Source: Elsinoe ampelina (Eukaryota). Taken from it: a DNA stretch of 64,000 nt. The stretch lies in NCBI GenBank assembly GCA_010093995.1, contig ML992515.1, forward strand, positions 425,533-489,532, in the 5' to 3' direction. Under the pieces are notes generated by a model that was not told the origin of the DNA, ran no database searches, and was given only the letters and a program-made list of their open reading frames with translations. Shown one piece after another: positions 10,763 to 24,100 of this stretch; positions within the stretch are counted from its first letter, which is position 1, and each line of letters opens with the position of its first letter. The position numbers and the translations under genes are program-made.

Positions 10763-12436
10763 TCATGAGTACGTTGTGGAGGCAAAAAGCAGTAGCGTCT
10801 CAGCCATGCATAAGACCGTCCATCCAATCCAAGGAGCAGATACGATACTCGATCCTCCGGTGAATGGCACTACTGTGCTGTTCCTCCTATCAGACCCAGT
10901 ACCGGTAGGTCGTCCTTGAGTCGCTGGTGTCGCTGAGCCATCTGACCCGGTTTGACTCGCTCGAGATCCCAATGCCGAGAGTATGTAAGCACCCATGCCG
11001 CCGACGACCTCACCGACTCCATCAATCTCTTCAGCTCCCACATTGTCGTGACCGATCTGATTATCACCGTCCACGCTCAGTGTCTGAGGCGGGAGAAAGA
11101 ATGTGACCATGCTTGCAGGTACTGCTGTGCCAATCTCAGAAGCAATGGAGGCCGTGAAGGCAGCGACATCCATCGTCACAGTCTTGTCAGCGACAGGCAC
11201 GCCATTAGAGTCCTTGAAGTCCTTGACAGCTGGATCATCACCAGTTTCAGATGGTTCATGCATGGGTGGTCCGTCACCTGTTCCAGTACTAACAACCACC
11301 ATTGATCCTGCGGAATTCATGCTGACCGCCTTTTCTGCAACGATTTGGGCTGGACCACCGGGCACGAGTGTCTGGCCTCCGACAACCAATGCAACGCTAG
11401 TCCTTGAAGGTGCCACCTCCGCACCGGCTGCGTTTGTTGGGTTCACATTCTGTGCGGCGGGCATCTCTTCCGGGTTCGAGTTCGCTTCAGCGACGGGCAC
11501 GTCTGGTGTAGTGTCGGGTTGAGGAACGTTGTGAGGTTCTGTCGGATGATCTGCTGGAGAAGCGAGGCCGGGGTTTGGCTCCGTCTCCGCGGCGGAACTT
11601 CGAGTAGGCGCTGGTCGCTCAGGCTTTGGTGTAGGTCTTGGAGTCGGCGGGAACGGGAGAATAGGTGTGGAAGGTGCAGGTGTAGGACTATCGCCGATCG
11701 TGGTCAGACCTGAGTCGGCAGTCCTGGGAAGGACAATTCTCTCCGTGAGGAATGGTGCTATGCGCATGGTGCGAGGAGAGTCTAGGTTCCAAGGCTCACA
11801 TGTCGCCCAAGCACCTAGATGAGGGAAGGCTTTGTCGAAGTCCGGAAAGTATCTGATGGATGTGGTATTGCGACAGGCGTCTGTATATTCGCCGGATAAT
11901 CTTCCGGTATACGTGCTTGTCGAGAGGTCAAGGAAGCAGAGGCCAGGAGTTCCGGAGACGCCTTCTCGCTTAAAAGAAGCTGTGAGCCAATTTGCAAGAC
12001 GTCTTCTCCCTCAACTACAGTCCTATAACGTGTAAGATGCTGGCTCTAATTTAGAATCAGGGCGAGGGACTTGCCGATTGTTCACGTTTATGATGCCACC
12101 GTCGGGAAACACAACAGTGGACTTGCAGTCCGCGCCGTAGTCCTTGAACTCTGACCATACCAAACTATCGTGTCGAGTTCGCAGAGATGTGGATTGGCAG
12201 GGCACTGAAGTCGAAGTCGAGTTCGTGTTAGGGTCAACAATGAGGTATGATGTGCGTCCCCACGAATCTGCAGTATCGTTTGCCCATGAAACTACGAGCG
12301 GCTTAACATGTAGTCTGCAGAACGTCGAGCAATTCCATGATACCGGCGGCGCCGAACAAAGCTGGAATGCTTGTGGGAATGTGCTTGTGGAATTTCCGAT
12401 TGTACTGACAAGGGCAGTGAAGATCGTGGTATCCAT
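10763..12436 (-). CDS. Probable Pro/Ser/Thr-rich GPI-anchored cell-surface protein; 5' exon structure uncertain
   Basis: The 334-aa ORF has PT-rich repeats, a VVGGQTLVPGGPA motif and a C-terminal FTGG followed by a hydrophobic tail. Its frame is open upstream to about 12,010. The Cys-containing ORF 12023-12436 is a likely upstream exon. Confidence 0.55.
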
Positions 12437-12875
12437 GCTAGAACGAAGCCCGAAACGTTGCGATCGTCACGTATGATAAAACGGCATTGTGAAGCTTGTC
12501 AATCATTTTGAGAACATACCTGAAGATGATTTTGACACCGCCCCGCCGTGTTCGATAGTGCGACTTCCTCCCGCCGTATGTGTGACCGCACTTTCGGAGA
12601 GCTGAGGTGCGGCTGAAGATTTCACAGCGTTGATTGGTTGATTCTTGATGTATGCACCGCGCCGCCACACACAAAATCATGCCGCTCGAAGACCATTATC
12701 TCAATTGCTCGAAGTTCTGCTGATCAAGTATGCCCACGAGGTCCATTGTCAAGCCATTCGGTGAGGGAAATCCCCATTAGTGTTCGAACGTCCGATCCTC
12801 AGCCATTGCCAGCGCTCTAGACTCGCGACAAAGGCTCCCCCACGTCAACTTCGGGCCTTGCCTTACGGCTAAGGT

Positions 12876-15800
12876 TTAGAATTTCCCGATCGTGCCTTTT
12901 GATTCGGCCCAGAAGTTCTTGACCGCATCCGTCGTTCCCTTCCCACCTCTCAGCATAGCCACCCGACTCACGAATACCCTTTTCTGCTGCGGTGTTGCTT
13001 TTGCTGTCTCTGGAAAGGCACTGCCATTCAGAGCTACCTCCAGCATGGTCTTCGCTCGAGGACTAGCCATCATGAATGCCCGAAGGACCTTGCTCACTGC
13101 GTCTAGTTCAGATCGCTGCGCATTGCCTCCCAGCTGGTGCACTATCGCGGAGGCTACGTGGGGTAGCAGGTCATTGATGATCTGCTGGGAATAGTCGACC
13201 AGCCCTGGTGCAGGCGGGATGATCTCGTTCCGGGCGAGCTGCTGGGGCAGAGCAATGATGGCTGCAAGAAACGCTGCGGTGGTACGCTTCAGCATGGGGG
13301 TGTCGGATACCAGTGCGGACAGGCAGAAGTTGACCATAGCGGCGAGATTCGGAGAGGCGAAGAGGACATCGGAATACCTCGACAGCAATCTCTCCAGAAA
13401 GTCGACGCAGAGCTGTGCAAGCGCCGGATCAGACGTGGGCGAGTCCAACGACAGAATGATCGACGAGACGCTACCGAGAATAGCTGAAACCTCGTCGGGC
13501 ACGCGGATGGTCGTTGATCTGCTGACCGAGGAGACAAAAGCACATGCTGTGGTAAGCAGAGCTTCGAGTCGTGGCGTGGAAGGTGCCATGGAGGATAGAA
13601 AAGAGCTGGTCAACGAAGGGGAGAAGGTAAATGGTCCGGGCATCGTTTCAGACAATCCCACTCTCAGAACCGAGCAAGCCCCCTCCCATGCGTCACCCGA
13701 TTCTGGTATCAGCGTGATGCATTGTAGAATCTCCAGGATCAAGCGTACGATAGCCTCTCCAGCTTCGCCACCCCAGGGATTCAGCGATGAGGTCGATTGA
13801 GCCGCAGGATCTCCGTCATCGTCGAGAATCACTTGCCTCGGCCTGTCATGCAGCGCCTTACCGACACCGGCCAGGCACTGAAATGTTGCTACCAGTAACT
13901 GCTCACCTGCTTCTCGTTGCCCAGAAGAGATGACATCTTTCGCGAGACTAGCATCCGCATGTAGGCGTTCGATGATCCCTTTCAAAGGCTCGATTTTCAG
14001 CTCTTCGCGAGGCAATGCTTCGACCACGAAAGTGATTGCGCTGTAAAGCTTGTCTCGTTGATAGGCGGTCAGGCCTGTTGTGGCTAATGTCTTTCCGCAA
14101 AATGCCGACAGCTCCTGAACCATGTTCGTCAACTCCTCGCGGCACGCCGAACAGATGGAAGCAATGCATTTGGCCAGTAAATCTGCAAGCTTGGGAGTAG
14201 TGCCGACATTTTCTTCCAGCATCTTCATGAGTAGGGTCAGCATGTCCGGGATTTGCTTCGGTTCGTCCTGGAAGAAGGAGCTGTAGCTATCAATAAAACG
14301 CACAACGATGCGTTTCATCCTCAGATCCATGTTACCAAGCGCCGCAGGGTCAAGTATGTGCTTGAAAAGGCCGGAACTGAAGATACGACCAAGTCCTTGA
14401 AGCGTTTCGGGTGTGCTTTCCCAATCATATGCCATATCGATGAGGATTTGGAGGACTGATTCGACCCGAAACCAGTTATTCTGCCCCACAGCCTGCTCTA
14501 GCTGATCGGCACAAATGTCGTATATTGGCATGAGATCCAGCTCCGACAATTTGACCAAGTATTCCGCAAAATCTTGTCGTACACGCTGCCAGTTCTCGAC
14601 GTTATCAGGATCAACCTCGGCCATAGTCTGGTCATCCTTGCGGTCCAGCACATCGAAAAAAGCTTGGATCATCGGGTCAAAAACGGAATTCGAATCCAGT
14701 TTTGGAATTCGAGTGAAGTCGTGTCCAATTTCGAGGTCCAGTTGGTCCGCAAATTCAGCCCAGAACTCCATGGCTATGTAAAGAAGATCGCATCCATCCT
14801 CCGCCCAATCGATACCGAAGAGCTGATTCGTCATGATTTGAAAGAATGGCTGGAACTTGGGTGCGGTGGGTTGTACCAAGATCTCTTCTAGCATGATCTT
14901 GCCCCAAGCACCTACCAACTTGAGAAGTGGGAGCCGCTCCTCGATGCTGGAATCTTCAGTCGCTTGCAATGCGTGCTCGATCGCCGGCCACATCTGATTG
15001 AGCTGACTTTTGTTGATTGCATTGGGGTCGTTTAAGATTGCCACAGACAGTGATTCGGCAGCCGCAAAGACCAGTGAGAAGTTGGGGCTATAGAGGCTCT
15101 GTACGACCGCATTGCCCAAATGCTGATATATAGACCAGACGTCGACATCTCTCTGCCACCGATTGACGCCGTACAACAGCCATTCCTGGGATAGTCAGCA
15201 GTGATAGCGACCAGTAAGACATGAGCCGTACGCTGAAGACATTCAAAGCCTCACCGTAGAGCTGCCCGGATGAGTCATCTCTTGAGATTCCTTCCAAAAC
15301 AAGCGCACTTAACACAGGGGACGATCGCTTCAGCGCTTGTTCAACCTCGTGGCTAGGGAGTTAGCTTAGTTCTAAATGATCGAGACAAATTATCTTACGT
15401 CTTGAGTGTGTTTCCATCCAGGGATCCCAAATCCTCAGACAGGATCAACGCGAGTTTGAGTAGAGCTCGGAGCTGTCTCATAGTGAGGCTGGCAACATGA
15501 TGGACAAGAGGAACAGCAGTATTTTTCGAGTCACTGCCAATCAGATGAAGCAGAGCCTCGCCCAGGGGGTCTTGCCAGATACGAGGTGCGTGCGTGAGAA
15601 ATGATCCTAGCACTGACCAGAGCTTGTCTGTGACTCTGGAAGGTGTGGCATCGTTGATACATGTCACGAGCCTGTCCATGACTCGGTCCAAAATTTGTCG
15701 GGAATCGTTCTCGTCCAACGTTGAGACATCTCGATTGACCTTGATCTGAAATGTGAGAGCTCCGTAGAATTGGAAAACACTGTCATTTGTCGAGAGCAGC

Positions 15801-15934
15801 TTGTCTGCTATGGTCCATCCGTCAGGTGAAAGCTGGAGCTCCTGCAGCTGCTGAGAGATGATATTCGCTCGTCTTGCTTGAGACGGATCATTCAGTTGCT
15901 TGATGAGCGTCGCAGCCTGCTCAGATGGGTCCAT
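12876..15934 (-). CDS. Importin-beta family karyopherin (importin-13/transportin-SR-like), multi-exon
   Basis: The N-terminal QQLQELQLSPDGWTIADKLL...QFYGALTFQIKV is an importin N-terminal pattern. The body is long and helical, HEAT-like. Introns lie near 15,354-15,398 and about 15.18-15.23 kb. Confidence 0.8.
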
Positions 15935-16289
15935 GTTCGCCCACCTGCTCCAGGCAGCCTTCAACGAAGACCTCTATCGTGGTTGGTATGTTGAAACTGA
16001 TGTGAGGGAGGCGTTGGAATGTGGACAACCATGATGGAGCTTCAGAAAGGGAAGAGCAAGGTACTTGACCACATTCTGGCATCTCGCAAGATTGGCGTTC
16101 ACTTTGATGACCCGAATGAACGTGATTCGGCTGTCAGATTGGAGTTAATGGTATGAAGACTTGTAATGGCGGCAGTAGAAAAATGGACAGCGGACAAAAA
16201 GTCTTGGCGGTTCGGTCATTGAAATGATCGGGTACAGCGTGACGATAGACAACTCGATTGCGACATGTGTTATACTCCCATCATTGCTC

Positions 16290-18364
16290 ATGCTCAGTAG
16301 CGTCAGGACTTTTCTCCGGAAACCTTCAGTGGTACGACAATTCGGCACCAGCATTGCACTCCGATCCAGCGCCAACATGGACAAAGTCAACACCACGGAA
16401 CGTATCACGAGGCTCAGGGAGCTCATGAGAGAGCACAAGGTAGACATCTACAGTACGAAGACCTTGAATCGGATCAGAGCGCTGACTGACCTGTGTCAGT
16501 CGTCCCATCGGAAGACAGTCATCAATCAGAGTACATAGCTCCTACTGATGCAAGAAGAGGTATATGTACCCCACCATGCATGGAGCATCAAGCTAATATT
16601 ATGCAGAATACATCAGTGGCTTCTCTGGTTCAGCTGGAACAGCTGTTATAACGAGCGACAAGGCCACCTTAGCTACAGATGGTCGATACTTCAATCAAGC
16701 CGGCAAGCAGCTAGACGGCAATTGGTTTCTGCTCAAGCAAGGACTCCAGGATGTCCCTACATGGCAAGAGTGGACAATTGAACAATCGGAAGGCGGCAAG
16801 ACGGTCGGTGTAGATCCGAGTACAATTACAGCGCCAGAAGCCCGAAAATTGGGAGAGAAGATCCGCAAGAAGGGCGGCAATGACCTGGTAGCGGTGAAAG
16901 AGAACCTGGTGGACTTGGTATGGGGCAAAGACAAACCTGCACGACCGAACGAGCCTGCAAAGGTGTTGTCGAACGAGTTCTCAGGGAAGCCATACCAAGA
17001 AAAGATTGAAGAGCTAAGGAAGGAGATTGACAAGAAGAAAGCGGCAGGCATGGTTGTGTCGATGCTGGACGAGATCGCGTGGCTTTTCAATCTGCGAGGC
17101 AATGATATCCCTTACAACCCGGTCTTCTTCTCCTACGCGGTCATCACACCAACGACAAGTACACTGTACGTCGACGAGACGAAATTGGTTGGGAATGCCA
17201 CAGCACATCTCGCAGGGGTTACTATCCGACCTTATGACGCCATCTTCTCGGACATTGAAGCTCTTGCCGCCTCTTCACCCACCACGAATGGGGCGTCGAC
17301 GCCAAAGAAGAAGTATCTGATATCGACAAAAGCTTCATGGGCACTCTCGAAAGCTCTCGGAGGAGAAGAAAATGTGCAAGAGCTCAGAAGTCCCGTAGGA
17401 GACGCAAAGGCCATTAAGAACGAGACGGAACTCAAGGGCATGCGGAATTGTCATATTCGTGATGGTGCAGCACTCAGCGAATACTTCGCATGGCTGGAAG
17501 ACCAGTTGATCAGCAAAGGAGCGACGCTTGATGAGGTACAGGCAGCGGACAAGCTGGAGTCGATACGGTCGAAACACGAACATTTTGTTGGACTTTCTTT
17601 CGACACCATCTCGTCTACTGGTGCCAACGCTGCGGTCATCCACTACAAGCCCGAGCCTGGGAATTGCAGCGTCATCGATCCAAAGGCAATCTATCTGTGT
17701 GACTCTGGAGCTCAGTACCTAGACGGTACCACGGACACTACCAGAACGTTACACTTTGGCGAACCCACACCTATGGAGCGGAAAGCGTTCACACTGGTAC
17801 TCAAAGGACATATCGCGCTCGACCTGATCATATTCCCCAAGGGCACTAGTGGTTTCGCCCTAGACACGACGGCGAGGCAATATCTCTGGCAGCAAGGGTT
17901 GGACTACCGTCACGGTACTGGTCACGGCGTGGGATCCTACCTGAACGTTCATGAAGGGCCGATCGGTATTGGTACTAGGATTCAGTACAGTGAGGTCCCG
18001 CTTGCGATTGGCAATGTCATCTCGAACGAGCCAGGCTATTATGAGGACGGCGGATTTGGCATCCGGATCGAAAGTGAGTTGAACAGCATCAAGCTCGCCG
18101 GCAACATGCTAACTCTGGACAGACATCATCATGGTCAAAGAGGTGAAGACGGAGCATCAGTTCGGTGACAAGCCGTTCCTTGGATTTGAGCATGTCACCA
18201 TGACTCCAATGTGTCGGAAATTGATCGATACATCCATTCTCACCCCCAGCGAGCTTGCCTGGCTTAATGCTTACCATGCTGAGGTATACGACAAGACAAA
18301 AGGGTTCTTCATCAATGATCCTCTCACCACAGCATGGCTAGAGAGAGAAACAGCTCCATTCTGA
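16290..18364 (+). CDS. AMPP: Xaa-Pro aminopeptidase P (M24B), 4 exons
   Basis: Motifs [55 protein letters not shown] and [21 protein letters not shown] introns near 16.45-16.50, 16.56-16.61 and 18.07-18.12 kb. Confidence 0.95.
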
Positions 18365-18443
18365 TCAGCATGGCCGGCGATGATCTAGATAGTACAGATA
18401 CCCCTCAAGCACGCTCCCACTGCTGTCTGCCGTGACTGTCCGT

Positions 18444-18966
18444 TCAGAAGTCTGCAAATCCTATCAATGCAAACGTGGCACCGAAGCTAAGCTTGAATGC
18501 AGCATTGTCCTGCACCAGCGATCGTAGATCAATGTTCGTGACATAGCCTTGTATCCGCTTGTATGGCACGATGTGAATTCCTCTCGATTCGAGCATCTGT
18601 ACACCCAGTATCAGGAGCCCGATGATAAGCGTGAGAGACTTTGAGAAGGTCGACACAGCCATTCCAGCGAAGACACCTACCGACTCGTTAATTCATGCCG
18701 TCATGATTGTATCAAAGCATACCTAAGATACTGCCAGCGCTGATTTGCCTGATGGCTCGAGGATTCAGCCCGCCACCTTGACCGAAAATAGGCACCTTGG
18801 CATCCTTCTGGTACTGCGAGTATGACCAGTCCTTAGCGCTCACTGAAGATGGTGACGAGTCCAGAAGCAGTGTTCGTCTGTGTAACATCGGAGACAGTAG
18901 AATAGAGGATGCCCCCAATGCCGAGATGCCCAGCATCATGGGGCGTCGAGCGAACAGAAACGCCAT
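18444..18966 (-). CDS. FUN14: FUN14-family mitochondrial membrane protein, 2 exons
   Basis: RQISAGSILG, an intron, then GVFAGMAVSTFSKSLTLIIGLLILGVQ and C-terminal NAAFKLSFGATFAL. Confidence 0.8.
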
Positions 18967-19149
18967 GGTTGATGGTATGCAGCTTATGGGCGGACTAGCG
19001 ATTTGATCGTGAAATAAGGCTGATCGATTGTCCAATGACGATCGACAGAAGCTAGATCAATTATCGTAGGGCTGTGTTGAAGGATGGTGGTATAGCAAAC
19101 GTCACATTGTCGCTGACAACCACGCTTCTTGGCGTGGAGTTCGCCGATC

Positions 19150-19291
19150 TGTTGTAACTGGCAAATCGGATCGAGAGACGTGTGTTTCATTCAGAGAGTT
19201 ATAATAACCGATTTATCTACTGTGCGTACGCTGACTTATCAGTACCAGTTCTTTAGTGCTAGAGAAGCTATACTAGCCTTCTATTATAACA
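19150..19291 (-). repeat. Copia 3' LTR (142 bp)
   Basis: Direct repeat of 63775-63916, differing only by 11 C>T/G>A transitions. Confidence 0.95.
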
Positions 19292-19590
19292 CTCCCCCTC
19301 TAGTATAGATTGTTAAAGCTAGAGAACTGTCCTATTATATATAAGTAAAGTAATTAGCTTATTACTTTATCTCTTTATAATTGCTTATAATTATTAGTGT
19401 TAGCTAATTATTAGTAAGAATTTACTATTAGTTTAGCTTATAATTACTAGTAACAATAGTAACTCTTAATAATAGCTAGGCAGCTATTATTTATATAAAT
19501 AGACTAGCTTATAAGTCTTAATTAAAGAGATATAAGTATCTAACTAGCCTCTTTATAATTTCTTCTTTCTTTATTATACTTATAGTAGTA

Positions 19591-20330
19591 NNNNNNNNNN
19601 NNNNNNNNNNNNNNNNNNNNNNNNNNNNNNNNNNNNNNNNNNNNNNNNNNNNNNNNNNNNNNNNNNNNNNNNNNNNNNNNNNNNNNNNNNNNNNNNNNNN
19701 NNNNNNNNNNNNNNNNNNNNNNNNNNNNNNNNNNNNNNNNNNNNNNNNNNNNNNNNNNNNNNNNNNNNNNNNNNNNNNNNNNNNNNNNNNNNNNNNNNNN
19801 NNNNNNNNNNNNNNNNNNNNNNNNNNNNNNNNNNNNNNNNNNNNNNNNNNNNNNNNNNNNNNNNNNNNNNNNNNNNNNNNNNNNNNNNNNNNNNNNNNNN
19901 NNNNNNNNNNNNNNNNNNNNNNNNNNNNNNNNNNNNNNNNNNNNNNNNNNNNNNNNNNNNNNNNNNNNNNNNNNNNNNNNNNNNNNNNNNNNNNNNNNNN
20001 NNNNNNNNNNNNNNNNNNNNNNNNNNNNNNNNNNNNNNNNNNNNNNNNNNNNNNNNNNNNNNNNNNNNNNNNNNNNNNNNNNNNNNNNNNNNNNNNNNNN
20101 NNNNNNNNNNNNNNNNNNNNNNNNNNNNNNNNNNNNNNNNNNNNNNNNNNNNNNNNNNNNNNNNNNNNNNNNNNNNNNNNNNNNNNNNNNNNNNNNNNNN
20201 NNNNNNNNNNNNNNNNNNNNNNNNNNNNNNNNNNNNNNNNNNNNNNNNNNNNNNNNNNNNNNNNNNNNNNNNNNNNNNNNNNNNNNNNNNNNNNNNNNNN
20301 NNNNNNNNNNNNNNNNNNNNNNNNNNNNNN
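19591..20330. other. Assembly gap (other gaps at 36,614-36,623, 60,321-60,460 and 61,746-62,372)
   Basis: Runs of N. Confidence 1.
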
Positions 20331-21198
20331 TATCTCTTTTAGTAGTACTTTACCTTAGAGGTTCTTACTAAGGGCCTATATACTAGAGGTATTATTAGGT
20401 ATAGTTAATACCTCGATAACTTATACTAACTCTTACTACTTTATAGTAGTCCCTATAAATTTTGTAAATCCTACTAACCTAACTACTACTAAGGTTTATA
20501 ACTTAGCTACTATAGTAATAAACTATATAGTAGAGCTTATAAGAATTATAGCTACTAGCTACTCTAGTTAGCTTTCTCCTATTTATACCTTTATACTAGG
20601 CCTAGCATTAATAAGGTATAGTAGATCTAGATCTAATACTTCTATAAGGTCTACTAGTAGTAATAAGGAAAGAAGTTCTCCTTCTATAAAGAAGTAATTT
20701 AAGGTAGTAGATAGATAAAGGTTATTAAAGGTAATAATAGTACTAAGTAGTAGATATAGCTTAGGTATAAGTAGCTAGTAATAGAGTTATAGTAGCTTTT
20801 CCTTTCTCTCTTCTTAATAATAAAGTAATTTACTTTAAGCTTTAGACAAATAAGATAGCTTAATAAGTAGTAGTAGTATAGATAATATACTTAAAATAAT
20901 AATATATATAAAATCTAAATAAGTATATAGTATAGATATACACTAAGTAATTAGCCTTTGCTAATTAATTAAGGATCTTATTAAGAGACTTAGGCTTTAT
21001 AAGTATATTAGCTAATTACTAAGTTATATTAATATACTTAAGCTTAATTACTCTAAGTTTATACTACTCTCTATAGTAATAATTCCTTAGATTAATATAC
21101 TTAGATCTCCTTAAGTTAGTATAATCTCTTATAAGTTTAATAGCTAATTTATTATTAATAAAAACTATAGTTAGGCTAAGGTAAATATTAGTAAGTAG

Positions 21199-24100
21199 TA
21201 TAGGGGAGACTCGGTATATAGCTCCGGCTAAGTCCGTTACGTAATAAACTCTCTCTAGCTGCCTTCTATATAGCCTCTAGCTACTACGAATAAAGGCAGC
21301 TATTAGTTTATCTATCTATCTAGCTTATAGATATCGGTGGTTCTATACGTTGCTATATACCTACCCTTATAGTTCTAATAGCTCTCTTTAGTTATAGCCT
21401 ATAGAATTATTACTATAGACAATTAAATCATGTAAGATTGTCCTAATTTAGAACTTGTCTAGATAGATAGTAGTATTATTAAGGACATCTCGCGTCCTTA
21501 GTCGAGAATATCGAAAGAGCTAGGAGATAATAGAGATAGCTAAGAGAGGCATACTTCTACTAGTAGTAATAGTAGCCGCGTAGCTATTATGTTAGAAGTA
21601 ATAATAGCTTAGCTAGACGAAGTTAAAAATTTAATACAGGACTATAATTGACTTTAATATACTAGCGCTACTCTAGCTAGAGGCTAGATAACTACTAAAG
21701 TAGTTTCTTTAGCACCTCCGGGGCTAGTATTAATAGGTCTACCTACTATAGGTTAATCTATAACGCTAATAACTAGGGGGCTATTAACTAAGGCTAAGGA
21801 GCTAGAGCTATATAAGGCTAAGAGCATCTCTAAGGCTTAGGCCTTTAGAAGGAGCCTCTAGATAGTCTTTAACTACGAACTAACGTAGTTCTCTAATCCG
21901 GAGAATTCGGACTAATAACGTATTACTTACGTAGTAATATACCTTTCCCTATCTCTCTAGAAGACGTAGAAACGCCTCTACACGCTAGACTTAATAAACT
22001 AGCGTTGTCTCTCGTACGAAGGGGACTTCTTAAGCTTTATTAATAATTAAGTAGAAGACTCTATTAACTAAGAGATAAACGTAGTTCTATCCTATTATAG
22101 CTACTACTAGAAGAATAATAAGAGCGCCTAGAAGTTCTCTAATTAATTAGTATCTCTAGAAGAGATAATCGAGCTAAAGTATAATAGTAAGTACCTAGCT
22201 TAGTACTACCTAGCTAAACTATTGCCCGATCTACGTAAGTAGATCCTATAGTTCTCTAATGTACTAACTACTTATACGGAGCTTATTATATAAGTCTCTA
22301 CTCTTAAGAACCTTACCTAGAGTAAAGACTATAACTAATAGAAGCGCTATAGAGCCTCCCCGGAGGCGTTTAGTAGTAATTGTAGAAAGCGCTCTAGAGG
22401 CGAGAGAGGAGACAAGTAGAAGAGTAAGGGTAAGGGTAAGGGCTAGTAGAGAGGTGCCTACTAGAGAGCTAGCTATTAGGCTAGCGGCGGAAATAATCCC
22501 TAAGGGAGTCTCGTAGGTAAGTGTTTCTACTATTATAAGAAAGAACACTACGCCTACTTCTATTCTAAGAAGCTAGATTCGAGCTAGAATAGTAGTAGTA
22601 AGGGAGGTAGTAACGTTAGAAATGTAAAGGCGAAGAGCAGCACGCCTATACCTACGTAACATATTATAGAACGCTAGAGAAGCCTACCTCGGAGCTATAG
22701 AGCTTCTATAGTGCTTCTAGTATAGGCTCGCTCGAGCCTAGTTCTTAGCCCCGATAGTAAGGTCGAGGTTAAGGTACTCTTAGATAACATAGCTAATGTT
22801 AACGTTATTAACCTAGCGTTTATACTCTAGTATAACTTATAAAAGGTAGATGTAGAGTACTCTTAGGTAAGAGGCTTCTAGGGAAAGAAGGCTTACTATT
22901 ATAGCGCCTATAAAGTAGACTTATACCTTATAGACGACACTAGAGTAACGCGAGAGTCGAAAGGCATTTTTTATACGTTAGAAACTAGCTCTCCTATTAT
23001 CCTTAGTAGGCTATAGCGTTATAACTAAGGTGTCGTAATAGATAGCTATACTAACTAGTAGAGATATAGCTATAATATCGCTAGCGTTAGAGTAGTATAA
23101 GCGAAGGAGTTTATAAATCTCCTACTCGCTAGAAACTAAGGATTTACTCTAGTAGTGTCTAATATAACACTAGATATAATAGTTCGGAAGGTGGCTAAAT
23201 CCTCTACGGAAGAACTACCTAGTAGAGCTATAAACCTACTGCCCTACGTAAAAGAGTTTAGCGATGTGTTTATTATTAACTCTATACATATACGTGCTAT
23301 AGATAGTGTAGTGTACTCTATCGATCTAACAGAAGAGAAATAACTTCTCTTTCGACCCCTTTATAACCTCTTAGTAAAGGAACTTATAGTGCTTTATAAG
23401 TACCTTAATAACACGCTAGCTAAAGAATAAATCCGTAGGTTAGAGAGTCTAGCTAGTACACTAATCCTTTTCGTTCTAAAGAAAGATAGTAGTCTACGCC
23501 TATACGTTAACTACTATAGCTTAAACGCTATTACTATTAAGAATTAATACCCTTTACCCTTAATTAGTAAGACGCTTAATAGGCTAGGTAGAGTAGTAGT
23601 ATACTCTAAGCTTAATCTAAAGGATGTATACTACTGTATTAGGATTAAGGCTAGAGACAAGTAGAAAACTACTTTCTAAACTTGCTATAGCTACTTTAAG
23701 TACATAGTTATACCTTTTAGCTTAACTAACGCCCTAGCTATGTTCTAGGCCTATATTAACTAAGTACTTACGGGGCTAGTTAATAACTTCTATATAGTGT
23801 ATTTAGACAATATTCTAATCTATAGCAACTCTATAGAGGAGTATAAGAAGTACCTAGAGAAGGTACTAGAGAGGTTAAGGTAGTTCGCGTTATATACGAA
23901 CCTAAAGAAGTATAACTTCTTTAAAAAGAAAGTTAAGTTCTTAGGCTTTATAGTAACTACCGAGGGAGTTACGATAGACCTCTAGAGAGTTTCTATAATT
24001 GTAAATTAGCCGACCTCTCGGAGCTACTACGAGGTTTAGTAGTTTCTTAGCTTTACTAACTTCTATCGAAGGTTTATCTAGAACTATTCGAAGATCGTAG

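Noticed and set aside
20796..20815. Minus-strand purine tract as the PPT of a separate Copia copy
   Set aside because: No adjacent LTR-like repeat was found. The PPT abutting the 19,291 LTR end and the matching TSDs favour a single element.
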